NCBI GenBank assembly: GCA_036172245.1
Contig: JAYWIR010000018.1
Location: 372,001-436,000 of the forward strand
Reading direction: 5' to 3'
DNA: 64,000 nt
DNA from: Raillietiella orientalis
Lineage: Eukaryota
Made by a program: the position numbers and the translations under genes. A model generated the notes under the pieces. That model was given only the letters and a program-made list of their open reading frames with translations. It searched no databases and had not been told where the DNA came from. Shown piece after piece: positions 63,880-64,000 of the stretch; within the stretch, counting starts at the first letter, position 1, and each line of letters opens with the position of its first letter.

Positions 63880-64000
63880 CAATGGATGAAGAAGGACTTA
63901 CAGTTTGGCCAGCTTTCTGACTGTTGCCTGGAATTTTAGAAGCAGACTAAGGGACGCTTGTTCTCCTGCTTGGAATTTATTTTTGCCAGACCCATTGCCT

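Noticed and set aside
63902..64000. Possible minus-strand exon ending at a GTAAGT donor (about 63901)
   Set aside because: One frame is open (GNGSGKNKFQAGEQ...KLAK) but unrecognised, is truncated by the window edge, and has no identifiable downstream exon.
1..64000. CRISPR arrays, operons, prokaryotic defence systems, rRNA
   Set aside because: No regularly spaced repeats, no dense intronless gene packing and no rRNA signatures. The sequence is intron-containing eukaryotic DNA.

Overview
Eukaryotic genomic DNA, most likely from an invertebrate animal (compact GT-AG introns, no operons, no CRISPR). Four spliced protein-coding genes can be rebuilt by hand: NAA38/LSMD1 (-, 37-1496), a myeloid leukemia factor gene (MLF, +, 16121-16993), CTDNEP1/Dullard (-, 30560-37200) and a cytosolic sulfotransferase (+, 44571-49488). 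There is also a possible small orphan membrane-protein gene (+, about 42934-43463) and two tRNA genes (Ser-GCT, Arg-TCG). Much of the rest appears to be very old, frameshifted non-LTR (LINE) reverse-transcriptase debris, recognised only from degenerate motifs in the expected order, so those calls have low to moderate confidence. The most unusual structures are an apparently perfect 428-bp inverted repeat (10597-11024 / 12333-12760), a second diverged inverted repeat with a similar 1.3-kb spacer (about 50281-50566 / 51921-52205), an extremely AT-rich foldback-like element (about 6150-7315), and sharp switches between CpG-poor housekeeping gene bodies and CpG-rich surroundings. I found no convincing new multi-gene system. 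Most ORFs in the supplied track look spurious.
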